Source: Candidatus Hodarchaeota archaeon (GTDB lineage Archaea; Asgardarchaeota; Heimdallarchaeia; Hodarchaeales; Hodarchaeaceae). From it: a DNA stretch of 36,617 nucleotides. Below, in pieces: positions 18,439-27,911 of this stretch. Location: NCBI GenBank assembly GCA_016839785.1, contig JAEOTQ010000089.1:1-36617 (forward strand). The letters are read 5' to 3'. The notes beneath the pieces are model-generated. The model did no database searches and had not been told where the DNA came from. It was given only the letters and a program-made list of their open reading frames with translations. The stretch's first letter is position 1; every line of letters begins with the position of its first letter. The translations under genes and the position numbers were made by a program.

Positions 18439-19725
18439 ATGAGTGTCAACCAGAAATTTATTGTTTTCCTGTTAATCCTCGGAATTACCTTTGGTGGCTT
18501 ATGGATATCGGGAATAAGCAACCATGATGATGTTTTATTCGTAAGCGACTTTTCTGATAATCTTCCTTATGGTATTCGGATGATTGGTGCGGATAAAGCA
18601 TGGTACATAACTTCTGGCTCTCCTGAAGTAGTAGTAGCGGTCCTAGATACAGGTCTCAATACTTCTCATACCGATTTACAAGACATTCTCTGGACTAATG
18701 AAGAAGAAATTCCCGATAATGATATTGATGATGATTTAAATGGTTATATTGATGATACAAATGGGTGGGATTTTGTTCATCAAAACAATGACCCGTTCAG
18801 CCTTCTAGATACCCCCAGCGCCTCTCTAAGAAATCATGGCACTCATGTTACAGGCACCATTGTTGCTCAGATGAATGATTATGGTCTGGTGGGTGTAGCC
18901 CCTGATGTGTCAATTATGCCTCTTCGTGTTGTAAATGAGAATGATCGTAATATGGACATTATTGTTGCTGAGGCTATTGAATATGCGACCGCTAATGGTG
19001 CTGAAATTATTTCTATGAGTATAAGCATAAGCGCCGAATATGGAGAAATCACTAATTCCACTTCCTATCAACTAGTTGAAAACGCACTGGCCCAAGCTTA
19101 CGCACAAAATGTATTAATTGTTGCTGCCGCGGGAAATAGTAATGGAGCTGAACCTGTTCAGCCAGCGAATGATAGTCACGTCATCGCAGTAGGTGCTATT
19201 ACCTCTGATAAGGATTTAGCGACATTTTCCAATCATGGAGCGGAAGTTGTCGCTCCTGGCAAAGATGTAAATTCTACCATCCCGAATGAAGGTTTTGGTT
19301 CGAGCAGTGGGACATCCATGGCAACCCCTCATGTTTCAGGTGCACTTGCTCTGTTAAAAAGTTATAATCAAAGCGCTACAAATGATGAACGTCGAGATCT
19401 CCTACAGGTTTCTGCGGTAGATCTCGGTGTTCTGGGTTATGATGGAGATTTCGGTTATGGTTTAATTAACGTAACGAAAGCAATGGAGCTTCTTTCGGGA
19501 CAGACCATTACTATTCCTGTAACAACATCTACAGGATCATCAGAAATACCTACGTCGTTAACTTCCTCTTCAACTACCTCAACCACCACTTTAACAACTT
19601 TACCTGATTCCTCAATGGATGATACGTCTGAAACGACTACGACTCAATCATCTACGAATTTTCTCTCACTATCTGGGTCATTGATTACGATTTTTCTGAC
19701 TGTAAAAATTTCAAGACGTAAATAG
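18439..19725 (+). CDS. S8 subtilisin-like serine protease, membrane anchored
   Basis: Catalytic triad VLDTG / HGTHVTG / GTSMATPHVSG; AAAGN; 'N.IDDD.NGYIDD..GWDF' insertion; N-terminal TM, S/T linker, C-terminal TM + RRK. Confidence 0.95.
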   Translation: MSVNQKFIVFLLILGITFGGLWISGISNHDDVLFVSDFSDNLPYGIRMIGADKAWYITSGSPEVVVAVLDTGLNTSHTDLQDILWTNEEEIPDNDIDDDLNGYIDDTNGWDFVHQNNDPFSLLDTPSASLRNHGTHVTGTIVAQMNDYGLVGVAPDVSIMPLRVVNENDRNMDIIVAEAIEYATANGAEIISMSISISAEYGEITNSTSYQLVENALAQAYAQNVLIVAAAGNSNGAEPVQPANDSHVIAVGAITSDKDLATFSNHGAEVVAPGKDVNSTIPNEGFGSSSGTSMATPHVSGALALLKSYNQSATNDERRDLLQVSAVDLGVLGYDGDFGYGLINVTKAMELLSGQTITIPVTTSTGSSEIPTSLTSSSTTSTTTLTTLPDSSMDDTSETTTTQSSTNFLSLSGSLITIFLTVKISRRK

Positions 19726-19739
19726 TCTCTCTTTCCGAT

Positions 19740-20747
19740 TTAAACAAAGGAGACATTCTTAAAAGCGATTTGTCTAGGAACTGGTTCCCACAGTGAAAGT
19801 GGTATGGAACGAGTTACATCTAATGTCCCATCAGCTTGCATTTGTTCGATTCCTGTAAACGCTGACTGAAATTTGGCTAGCATTCCTTTTGCTACATAAG
19901 TAAATTTTTTCGATATAAAATAAATTTGAGTTACCAACGGATGATCTCTATAGTTAATTTCTTTTGCCTTTTCTATGTATTTATCGATATCAGGTAAGTC
20001 GATTACTGAATCTGAACAGAAAGCCCATATTTTTCTACCCTGCGAATTAGTAATTTGAATGTCGCTCTTTAATGTTGGATCTGCTATCTGAATACTCTTT
20101 ATATCAGGAATCACGGAAGGCGCGAATACTGCAAAGCGGATCTCCAATGCTTTTGGCACATCTTCAAAGTTAAAAAGGGCTGAATATAGATAATCAAGAA
20201 TCTTATGATTTTTTTGTCCAAGACGATCGAGTAGCTCTTTTTTCGACTTTATCTTTCCTAATTTTTCCACATTCGATATGTTTTGATCTTGAGCTACCTC
20301 GAGGATTAATTTATGATTTAGATTCGTAATATCGTTTAGTTCACTAACCTTAGAATGGTGATAAGCTGACAATATCGTAGTTCCTCTCCCTCTTTTTAAT
20401 CCAAATCCTGATTTTTGCTTTTTTTCCTCTTTTCCACCGATTAAACGATGATACATTTCTTCCGAAGCAGCCTGATTTTTTCCAGGAATACCCTTCATTT
20501 GGATGATACTCTTGTCAACTTCCTCTTTGATGACAATTGTATTGTCGAATGGACAGTAATACTCAGATCCTATTCGAGCAAGGCCGGTTTCGCATAAATA
20601 AACTCGTTTACAGCTTGGACAGAATAGAACTAAATCGTTAACGTCCAAATCTTGTCTACGCCCTTTTTCATGATAACATCGTTCGCATTTTGCATCGCAG
20701 GAAATTTTCATGTGAGAATCCTCAAGAGGTCTAGTAATCGAAATCAA
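19740..20747 (-). CDS. Hypothetical protein: N-terminal Cys-rich Zn-finger (RING-like), C-terminal possible restriction-endonuclease-like fold
   Basis: CERC..CPSC..C..CPFD; C-terminal SDIQI......IWAFC...YFISKKFT..A. Confidence 0.55.
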   Translation of the reverse strand: MISITRPLEDSHMKISCDAKCERCYHEKGRRQDLDVNDLVLFCPSCKRVYLCETGLARIGSEYYCPFDNTIVIKEEVDKSIIQMKGIPGKNQAASEEMYHRLIGGKEEKKQKSGFGLKRGRGTTILSAYHHSKVSELNDITNLNHKLILEVAQDQNISNVEKLGKIKSKKELLDRLGQKNHKILDYLYSALFNFEDVPKALEIRFAVFAPSVIPDIKSIQIADPTLKSDIQITNSQGRKIWAFCSDSVIDLPDIDKYIEKAKEINYRDHPLVTQIYFISKKFTYVAKGMLAKFQSAFTGIEQMQADGTLDVTRSIPLSLWEPVPRQIAFKNVSFV

Positions 20748-20762
20748 GAACCGAATAAAAAT

Positions 20763-21620
20763 TCATGCATTCCACTGATAAAGGGAATTAACTAAGTTCA
20801 AGTGAGATAGTTCTCCATTTGTCATGATACCCATTATCCCCTCTTCTACAAATATCTCCTCCAAGATTTTCTCTGCCGTGAATCCTTTTTGTTTATAACC
20901 TTGAACCTGTTTATGTAAGCCTTCGATCTCATCTAATCTGGCTTTAATATATCCCTGCCCTTGAAACACCCCTTTTCCTGAAACAAAGACCTTAAGATTG
21001 TCCATTCCTTCCGTGAAATCATAGATTTTCCGTATTGAACGGTAGATTTGAGCAATATCCTCCTGAATATTGCAGGTATGCCCAAATAGCACCTGATATT
21101 TCGGTAATATCGCATCAGCTACAAATGCCCATTCTTCTGAGCATTCTATGAATGCAATTTGATCTGGGGCATGTCCAGGTGTTGAAACTACTGTTAACTC
21201 ATATTTTCCAGTGTGTGAGGAGATAAGTTTAGGTACAGGAAGAGCTTCGACAGAATGTAATTCCGCACCCCAATACAATTCACGGTATTCAGGATACGTA
21301 TAGTTACTGGCATTTTTTAATAACAGAAGAGCTTGTGGACTTGAATAAAGAGGAATCTGAAATTCTTCTGCTAAGATATGGGTCCCTCCTATATGATCTT
21401 CATGCGTATGGGTGATGAGGCCTTTACTTATTGGATTTTTTACTTGTTGATTTTTAATAAAATTTAAAAACTCCATTTGCCCTTTGGGTGCCCCTGTATC
21501 AATCAATAAATCATCAAGCAGATAACATGAAGTGAAAAATGGTTTTGGTATCAATTCATCTTCTGCCGCCCAACACCATTCTAATAAATCTTGATGGTGG
21601 ATTACTTCTCTCGTTACCAT
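20763..21620 (-). CDS. MBL-fold metallo-hydrolase
   Basis: LIDTG, THTHEDHIGG, TPGHAPD, FVADA. Confidence 0.92.
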   Translation of the reverse strand: MVTREVIHHQDLLEWCWAAEDELIPKPFFTSCYLLDDLLIDTGAPKGQMEFLNFIKNQQVKNPISKGLITHTHEDHIGGTHILAEEFQIPLYSSPQALLLLKNASNYTYPEYRELYWGAELHSVEALPVPKLISSHTGKYELTVVSTPGHAPDQIAFIECSEEWAFVADAILPKYQVLFGHTCNIQEDIAQIYRSIRKIYDFTEGMDNLKVFVSGKGVFQGQGYIKARLDEIEGLHKQVQGYKQKGFTAEKILEEIFVEEGIMGIMTNGELSHLNLVNSLYQWNA

Positions 21621-21706
21621 TGATCGATGATCCTGATTGCTGATTTTTTGGGAGATCCCTTACCACTACAAGAGATCCTAAATATATGGTTAATTAATTT
21701 TTATCT

Positions 21707-22654
21707 GTGTCCCGATTAAAGAAATTTCTGAGAAGAAATAAAGAAGATAATTCTACAGAAGAGGGTTCAGAAGAGGAAGAAGAGAAACCGATTACCCCCT
21801 CACGAGGACTAAAACGAATAATATCAACCTTTTCATTATATTATCCCCTAGGGGTTTATCAACGGGCATTAGACTGGTCATTTGATGATAAACACTTGGA
21901 TTCAGAAGGAAATCCATCTAAGAAGATACTGCTGGAAGAAAAACCCTTTAAATCTAGATTCCGTTATATACTAATCCGGACAATTATTCAAAGCGTTAGT
22001 CTGTCTATTGTGTTTACAGCCCCCATCTCTTTACCCTGGATATTCAACATCGTTATACCTTTTTCTATTGATCTTTTTCCATTCGGTATTGCTGATTTTA
22101 TAAGATCGATCATCAGTATAATTCTTAATTTTCTATCTCCCTTCGAATTTGTCTTTAATATAATCCCAGTCCTGTCCAATCTGACTGCCACGTATAATCC
22201 AATGTATTTTTATGGATCAACTATCTTCTTGTTAAACGCACTCGGATTGACAGATGTAGATTTTAATACAATAATCGATGGCTCGAATTTTGAAGGGAAT
22301 TCCATGAGTGAATTTCTTGCAGCGTCGTATCTTACTAAGTTTGCCGAGATTACAGAGATAATAACTCCTCTTTTAGTTCTTATATCTAGCGCAATGGCAT
22401 TCTTTCTTGTATTCCGACGAGCACGATCAGTGATCTTTGAAATTCAAGGTGAAAAAGAAGAAACCAAGAATATTAAGAAATTTCAGAGAACATTACTCGG
22501 TTATCATCTTGATCAGGGATATATGGAAATTGACTATTCGAAAGATCGTGTTTCCGACTCGAAAAATCTACAGAGGATTGGATGGCTGAGTAAGTGGGGC
22601 CCTCTCTTTGCATTTGTGATCCCAATTGGCCTCGCCTTGGTTTATATATTATAA
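21707..22654 (+). CDS. Hypothetical polytopic membrane protein
   Basis: Charged N-terminus and several hydrophobic helices. Confidence 0.7.
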   Translation: MSRLKKFLRRNKEDNSTEEGSEEEEEKPITPSRGLKRIISTFSLYYPLGVYQRALDWSFDDKHLDSEGNPSKKILLEEKPFKSRFRYILIRTIIQSVSLSIVFTAPISLPWIFNIVIPFSIDLFPFGIADFIRSIISIILNFLSPFEFVFNIIPVLSNLTATYNPMYFYGSTIFLLNALGLTDVDFNTIIDGSNFEGNSMSEFLAASYLTKFAEITEIITPLLVLISSAMAFFLVFRRARSVIFEIQGEKEETKNIKKFQRTLLGYHLDQGYMEIDYSKDRVSDSKNLQRIGWLSKWGPLFAFVIPIGLALVYIL

Positions 22655-22693
22655 GAAACGAATTAAAAATTGTTGAAAATACTCAACTCTTGT

Positions 22694-23794
22694 TTATTTA
22701 TTCGGATTTATAATGGCCTTCATCACACGTAAGTTTTCAACGTCATCTAGGGCATCTGCAATTTGGTTTAGTGAATATTCATCCGAAATGATATTTAGGA
22801 ACGGATAGGAATCCGCATATTGTTCAACCAATTTAACTGCCAAATAAAAATGGCTTAAATCACTTCCCCAAGAACCTTTAATGGTGACATGCTTTTTATT
22901 GATATCTAAATGAGGATTTAGTTGTACATCCCCTGCATTGGTATATTGACCTACTATGGTATATGTACCTCCATCTCTGGTCATGGTGAGTCCTTCTTTA
23001 ACGGCGGAAGGAACACCCGTTGCTTCAATCGTCACATCTGCTCCTTTTTGAGAAGTCAGTTCTAATACCTTTTCAACTCGAACCGTTGGATTATACTCAT
23101 CTATATTAATAATTTGATCGATTCCAAATTCTTTTGCAATGTCAAGTCTGTGTGCAGGTGCACCTAACATAATTACTTGAAAAGCACCACTTAATTTGGC
23201 ACAAAAGGCAGCCATTAGGCCGACAGGTCCAGATCCTTGGATTGCAACCGTATCACCTAATTTGATGGAGGATCGTTGAATTGCATGAATTGCGGTAGGC
23301 AAACCACAACCTGCCCCAATAAAGCTCTTGAGGTATTTAGCGTCCGAAAATTTGATAATTTTCACACCTGGTTTAAGATAAATATATTGAGACCATCCAC
23401 CTAAGAGTCCGTCTTCAGCTGAATAGGTGATTCCATAGACTTTCCGTTGTGGACATCTAGTACTTGTTTTAGCAACCAAGCAGTACCAACAGTCGTTGCA
23501 AGTCTCATGGACATCCAGAAAGGTAATTGGATCACCAATCGCTAAGGCGTTCCCATCAATATCAGATACTTCTCCATTGATTTTTTCAATGGTTCCTGTT
23601 GAAACATGTCCAGGTATGATTGGATACGGTACCCCAGCAAGCTGACCCTTACGTAGATGAACGTCAGTTCCACAAACTTCAGAAAAGCTTGTTTTTAAAA
23701 GTACTGCACCTTTTTCTAATTCAGGAAGCTCTCTCTCAACGAGATTTACTTCCCCGTCTTTGTTCATATTGACTGTTTGTACCATTTCGTCCAC
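22694..23794 (-). CDS. Zinc-dependent alcohol dehydrogenase (MDR family)
   Basis: VCGTDVH, PGHV, structural-zinc CxxCxxC(7)C, QGSGPVG Rossmann motif, DVTIEATG. Confidence 0.93.
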   Translation of the reverse strand: MDEMVQTVNMNKDGEVNLVERELPELEKGAVLLKTSFSEVCGTDVHLRKGQLAGVPYPIIPGHVSTGTIEKINGEVSDIDGNALAIGDPITFLDVHETCNDCWYCLVAKTSTRCPQRKVYGITYSAEDGLLGGWSQYIYLKPGVKIIKFSDAKYLKSFIGAGCGLPTAIHAIQRSSIKLGDTVAIQGSGPVGLMAAFCAKLSGAFQVIMLGAPAHRLDIAKEFGIDQIINIDEYNPTVRVEKVLELTSQKGADVTIEATGVPSAVKEGLTMTRDGGTYTIVGQYTNAGDVQLNPHLDINKKHVTIKGSWGSDLSHFYLAVKLVEQYADSYPFLNIISDEYSLNQIADALDDVENLRVMKAIINPNK

Positions 23795-23932
23795 TTCGTA
23801 ATTAATCTCTACTTCATATATTCAATAAGGAGTTTTTCGCTGAACAAGGTGTATTCCCTGTGAAATTTGAAATGAGCGTTTCTTTACTCCCGTAAGAGTT
23901 TATCCCCTAACATGAAAGATTTGTGTCAATGT

Positions 23933-24067
23933 ATGTTAATTAGTAACAGCATACTGAAAAATAAGGTCTGTCTAATCATTGGAGCCATATTTGGCTTTGG
24001 AAAAGTGGCCGTACTAGGATTGGTAGAAATGGAAGCTACCTCTCTCTATTTACTTAGATTGATATAG
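23933..24067 (+). pseudogene. Degenerate N-terminal fragment of an SDR oxidoreductase
   Basis: LKNKVCLIIGAIFGFGKVAVLGLVEMEAT resembles the SDR start L.GK..LITGAxxGIG...A..LA..GA; stop follows soon after. Confidence 0.6.
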
Positions 24068-24171
24068 CAGCTATTTTTATACCTGAGTCAATAGTTCCAT
24101 ATTGCATATTGATACTTGCATCAAAAATTATTCAAAAATAGATTATTTCGCCCCTCTAATTAGTTTACACA

Positions 24172-25212
24172 TTGGTGAATCTTCTGGCAAATAGAAATTC
24201 AAATTCTTCTAGAGAGACTCTCTCAGAAGGAATTATCTTCTCTGCTTTTGAAGATCAAGGCCCTACAAACATCTACAACTCTTCTCCCTTAAATGAGGAA
24301 GAAGCCTTTGGTATGACTATCAAAACATTGACAGCAATCGGATCTGACTCCCCATTTCAACCCGGTGAAATTCGATGTTACGGCCCAATGCCCACACCTA
24401 AAGATCCGTATCTTTCTTTAGGTTTTATCTTCTTTCTGAAAGCAAAATCTTCTCAAGACCCACGAATTCAAAGACATGGGCGAATGATCGTACTTTGGGT
24501 CATCACAAGTTCTGCAACGACTATAAAATATATTGGTTTGATCAAAAACATGATAAGACGATCCTTACAACAATATCATGTCCGTCTTGATGAGGATCTG
24601 AAAAAAAGGGATGTTTTCACAAAAATTGATGAAAAGATCCGTCTGATTGAAACTGGCGTTAGTCTATTTTATGTTTCAAGAGCTGGAAGTATCGACCCCA
24701 TTATTGATCCTGCCCTAATAGCTCCTGATACCACATGTATTCTTTTAGATGATGCCAATAGACAGATTAAAGCTCTTTTTCGATCACAAGTCTCTCCTGG
24801 AAAGAAAAATGAGTTACTTCGTCAAATTAATGACTTTAAATCTAAAATTCCTCAGGGGTCTCTTTACAAAGTTGAAATAATAACTGATGATGTTGCAGTT
24901 CAGCAATTATCTTCCAAATATGGGTTATCAAGGCCTGATGAGATGGGTTTTCGCTTTCAACTCCATCTAGCCGATATTGTTACCTTTGAAGAACTTGATG
25001 CTTTTTTCGAATTTCATTTCAATCCTAAAAGACATGATCTTATTTCTCGGGTTCTCGGAGCAATATACAATAAAGAAAAGTTAAATTTATTTGATGTAGC
25101 TGTTCAAACTGGGGTTTCTGTGGAATTTTTGGAAGAATTCATACAAAGCGCGATCACTGCTAATTTGATCAAAACTGCTAAAATCGAGCATGGATTTCTT
25201 GTATGCGATTAA
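24172..25212 (+). CDS. Longin/uDENN-like domain + possible gelsolin-like domain + C-terminal PCI-like winged helix
   Basis: IIFSAFEDQGP, YGPMP, FIFFLK.....DPRIQRHGR.IVLWV (longin pattern); C-terminal LNLFDVAVQTGVSVEFLEEFI..AI..NLI..AKI. Confidence 0.6.
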   Translation: MVNLLANRNSNSSRETLSEGIIFSAFEDQGPTNIYNSSPLNEEEAFGMTIKTLTAIGSDSPFQPGEIRCYGPMPTPKDPYLSLGFIFFLKAKSSQDPRIQRHGRMIVLWVITSSATTIKYIGLIKNMIRRSLQQYHVRLDEDLKKRDVFTKIDEKIRLIETGVSLFYVSRAGSIDPIIDPALIAPDTTCILLDDANRQIKALFRSQVSPGKKNELLRQINDFKSKIPQGSLYKVEIITDDVAVQQLSSKYGLSRPDEMGFRFQLHLADIVTFEELDAFFEFHFNPKRHDLISRVLGAIYNKEKLNLFDVAVQTGVSVEFLEEFIQSAITANLIKTAKIEHGFLVCD

Positions 25213-25615
25213 AATTACGAACTATTAATCTCCCATGACTAATTTTGTCAGACAACTATTTGGAAAATAATTCTGGACAGGATGAGTCACACATCCGCTA
25301 TCCGGCAGGAAAGCAACACGAGTATATTTGCTTTCGATTAGGACTACTTGAATAGATCTACTTGCGATACTCCAAACACCAATGAGATTCACCAATTTGG
25401 GCCATTCTTCTCTTGCCTTTGACGGGTAATTCGTCTAACGTAGTTACAAGGGAAGCTGGCCAAAAATATTAGTTAAATTTTTTTTTCATCACCTCGGAGT
25501 TGAAGAAATAAGAATGTGAGGCCTTTTAAGATCGTGACTGAGAGAGGTCACCGAATACGAGAGCTCTAGTTTGGTCGGACAAAAATGATCATGTTATTAA
25601 TATGCAATAAATTGA

Positions 25616-26515
25616 CTAGAGAAGCTTTTTTATAACTTCTGCAATTTTTTCGAGTTTTACCGCTGTAAATTGGGCTGAACCTGTTTTTATAGCGATTCCT
25701 ATGAACATCAGATCTTTTTTAAGTTTTTGAAAGACGACAAGATTATTATTTATCTCCATAGTAATTTTCAATGATTTTAATGGTCTGAAATCACTCTTCA
25801 ATTTCTCATGATTTGCTAAGGCCATATTTGCAGGTTCAAGGAAATCAGAATAATTTCCTTCCTGGAATAATGGGACCCCTTCTTCATTGCATATTATAAT
25901 ACCTAATAAGTCTTCATCTTCAGTTAGAAAATCTTGAATGGCTTCAGAAACTGTTAATGCTTTCGTAGTTTTGAGTATTAATGTTTGGAGCATTTCCCCT
26001 ACAGTGTGATAGACTGATCGATCAAATATTGATGTTGTTCGATATTGAATGTCGAGCGGACCTTCAATTTCAAAATACTTTTTCATTGTATGATAAGTTT
26101 CCTCCTGTTGAGCAGACGATACTAAGTCTCGTTTATGGAAAAGACAAAACGCTGTTCCGTCAGGAGAAAATTCCTGTAATCTTGAAATTCCATGATTAAA
26201 GTAGAATTTACTGGTAGAAACTTGCTCAAAATCACTCATATCGACTACCCAGACAAAGATAGCGACATTACTAAAGATGAATTCTGCTTGTTCTCCCATG
26301 AATGCAGAGATGAAATTTTCTTGGCCACCACAATCAAAAATCTGGAAGGAACTATCAATAAAATTCTTAGTAGAGCGAGTGTAATTGATAGTAGCATTAT
26401 AATCTGTTACTTCTTCAGGATTTTTACCTTCAAATACCACAGATCGTATACTACTTTTTCCACTGGCACCCAAGCCCATAAATAAGACTTTTCGGGACGT
26501 TTGAGAGCTTAACAC
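25616..26515 (-). CDS. Rag/Gtr1-type small GTPase with C-terminal roadblock/longin-like domain
   Basis: G1 GLGASGKSS, G2 YNATI, G3 DCGGQE, IFSNV, G4 HKRD, G5 TSIFD (Rag-type H-K-x-D and DCGGQ); C-terminal GIIICNEEGVPL. Confidence 0.9.
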   Translation of the reverse strand: MLSSQTSRKVLFMGLGASGKSSIRSVVFEGKNPEEVTDYNATINYTRSTKNFIDSSFQIFDCGGQENFISAFMGEQAEFIFSNVAIFVWVVDMSDFEQVSTSKFYFNHGISRLQEFSPDGTAFCLFHKRDLVSSAQQEETYHTMKKYFEIEGPLDIQYRTTSIFDRSVYHTVGEMLQTLILKTTKALTVSEAIQDFLTEDEDLLGIIICNEEGVPLFQEGNYSDFLEPANMALANHEKLKSDFRPLKSLKITMEINNNLVVFQKLKKDLMFIGIAIKTGSAQFTAVKLEKIAEVIKKLL

Positions 26516-26687
26516 GAGAATCCTTCTTTCTATTTTTGTGATTTCACTTAATACATACCTTATTTATCCTATATCTCATTAACTAGATAATTCCTTCCTT
26601 TCGAAATATACTCTAGTATGGATTACTCAATATCAATAGTATTTCCACCAGTTATAATAATTCAATTTATTTTTTATACTTAAATAT

Positions 26688-26826
26688 ATGATGGATATAA
26701 AGCTAGATGCAAAAGATGAGATACGGCAACGAATCTTCAATCTTCGACGCTTCGTTTCAACCGTTGTACTTGCGTACCAAGAGATTTAAGGATGGAGTCC
26801 TCAGTCATGGAACTGCCTGAGGTAAG
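26688..26826 (+). pseudogene. Disrupted copy of duplicated mini-ORF
   Basis: MMDIKLDAKDEIRQRIFNLRRFVSTVVLAYQEI* (stop 26787-26789); similarity to the second copy continues after a frameshift (MESSVMELPEV). Confidence 0.65.
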
Positions 26827-26928
26827 GAAAATATTACACTGAATAACTTACTGCATGAAAGTACATTCTCCATACTCAATCATTTCCAGATCGAAATCCA
26901 AGCTAGGGTCCATGCGATTCACAAATTA

Positions 26929-27081
26929 ATGGATCTAAAGCCAGATGCAAAAGATGAAATACGCCAACGAATCTTTCATCTTCGCCGCTTTGTTTCATCC
27001 ATTGTCCTAGCGTACCAAGAGATCTATGGTATGGAACCTCCAGTTATGGAAATGCCCGAGATCCTAGGATTCGATGGATAG
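26929..27081 (+). CDS. 50-aa mini-ORF or C-terminal gene fragment
   Basis: MDLKPDAKDEIRQRIFHLRRFVSSIVLAYQEIYGMEPPVMEMPEILGFDG*; frame open from 26821; many differences from copy 1 are synonymous. Confidence 0.55.
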   Translation: MDLKPDAKDEIRQRIFHLRRFVSSIVLAYQEIYGMEPPVMEMPEILGFDG

Positions 27082-27115
27082 CTAGAACAATTAGAGGATA
27101 AGAAATCCTCTCCCT

Positions 27116-27883
27116 CTATTTTTTTGGTAAGACTAGTTTTTTCAGTCCTGGTTGGTAAGGGATTACTTCACCATCACAAAAGATACAGAACGGACCATAT
27201 GGATGAAGAGCATTCTTTTGTGATTCTTGAGCGGATTTAATTAATTTTGTCCTAAACGCTTTTTCATTATTATCTGCGAATATCTCAACATCCTCGATAA
27301 CTGCAGGGATGTAGGGACATTGATGGGTATAAAGAAGGGTCACACCTTCACCATGTCCTTGGATAGTATTGTCAGAAATCGGGATAAAGAAGGGAATTTC
27401 TGCAGATTCGCTGAAAATCTTAGCATAAAGAGAAAAATTTTCTCCATAATCGTCTACTCTCTTAAATCCAAGTTTCTCATAGATCTTCTTTCGAGGTAAC
27501 CAACCTCCCTTTTTAGCTGTGATTCCGACTACTCCATTCATTTTTTGTTGTTTAGCGTCATTAATCGCATGCTGGATGAGTTCAGAGGCATATCCTTTTC
27601 CCTTATGACGTCCAACTACCCATAAACAGTGAATGACCGTACAATTATCAGCATTAACTCCTCGCCAATTAAATTTACTTGGGATATATTCAATAAATCC
27701 ACGATAAGAATATTTATTCTGCTCTTTAACCTTAAGAATCTTATATTTCAGTCCTTCAGAAAACCTATCCTTGATCCATTCAATTTTATTGAGATACCCT
27801 TCTCCTTTTTTCTGAGATTGTTTACAGAATAACCCAATTTGCTCTAAATTACTAGGATTAACATCGATAATTTCGTATATCAT
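27116..27883 (-). CDS. GNAT acetyltransferase with YoaP-like C-terminal domain
   Basis: GFIEYIP..F.WR, IHCLWV....KGKGYA..LI, YTHQCPY; start placed at ATG 27883. Confidence 0.85.
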   Translation of the reverse strand: MIYEIIDVNPSNLEQIGLFCKQSQKKGEGYLNKIEWIKDRFSEGLKYKILKVKEQNKYSYRGFIEYIPSKFNWRGVNADNCTVIHCLWVVGRHKGKGYASELIQHAINDAKQQKMNGVVGITAKKGGWLPRKKIYEKLGFKRVDDYGENFSLYAKIFSESAEIPFFIPISDNTIQGHGEGVTLLYTHQCPYIPAVIEDVEIFADNNEKAFRTKLIKSAQESQKNALHPYGPFCIFCDGEVIPYQPGLKKLVLPKK

Positions 27884-27911
27884 TTGATGATCACTTATCC
27901 CATAGGAAGTT

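Noticed and set aside
25213-25615. 400-bp gap between the longin and Rag genes
   Set aside because: The frames I translated gave nothing recognisable, and no convincing stems or repeats were found.
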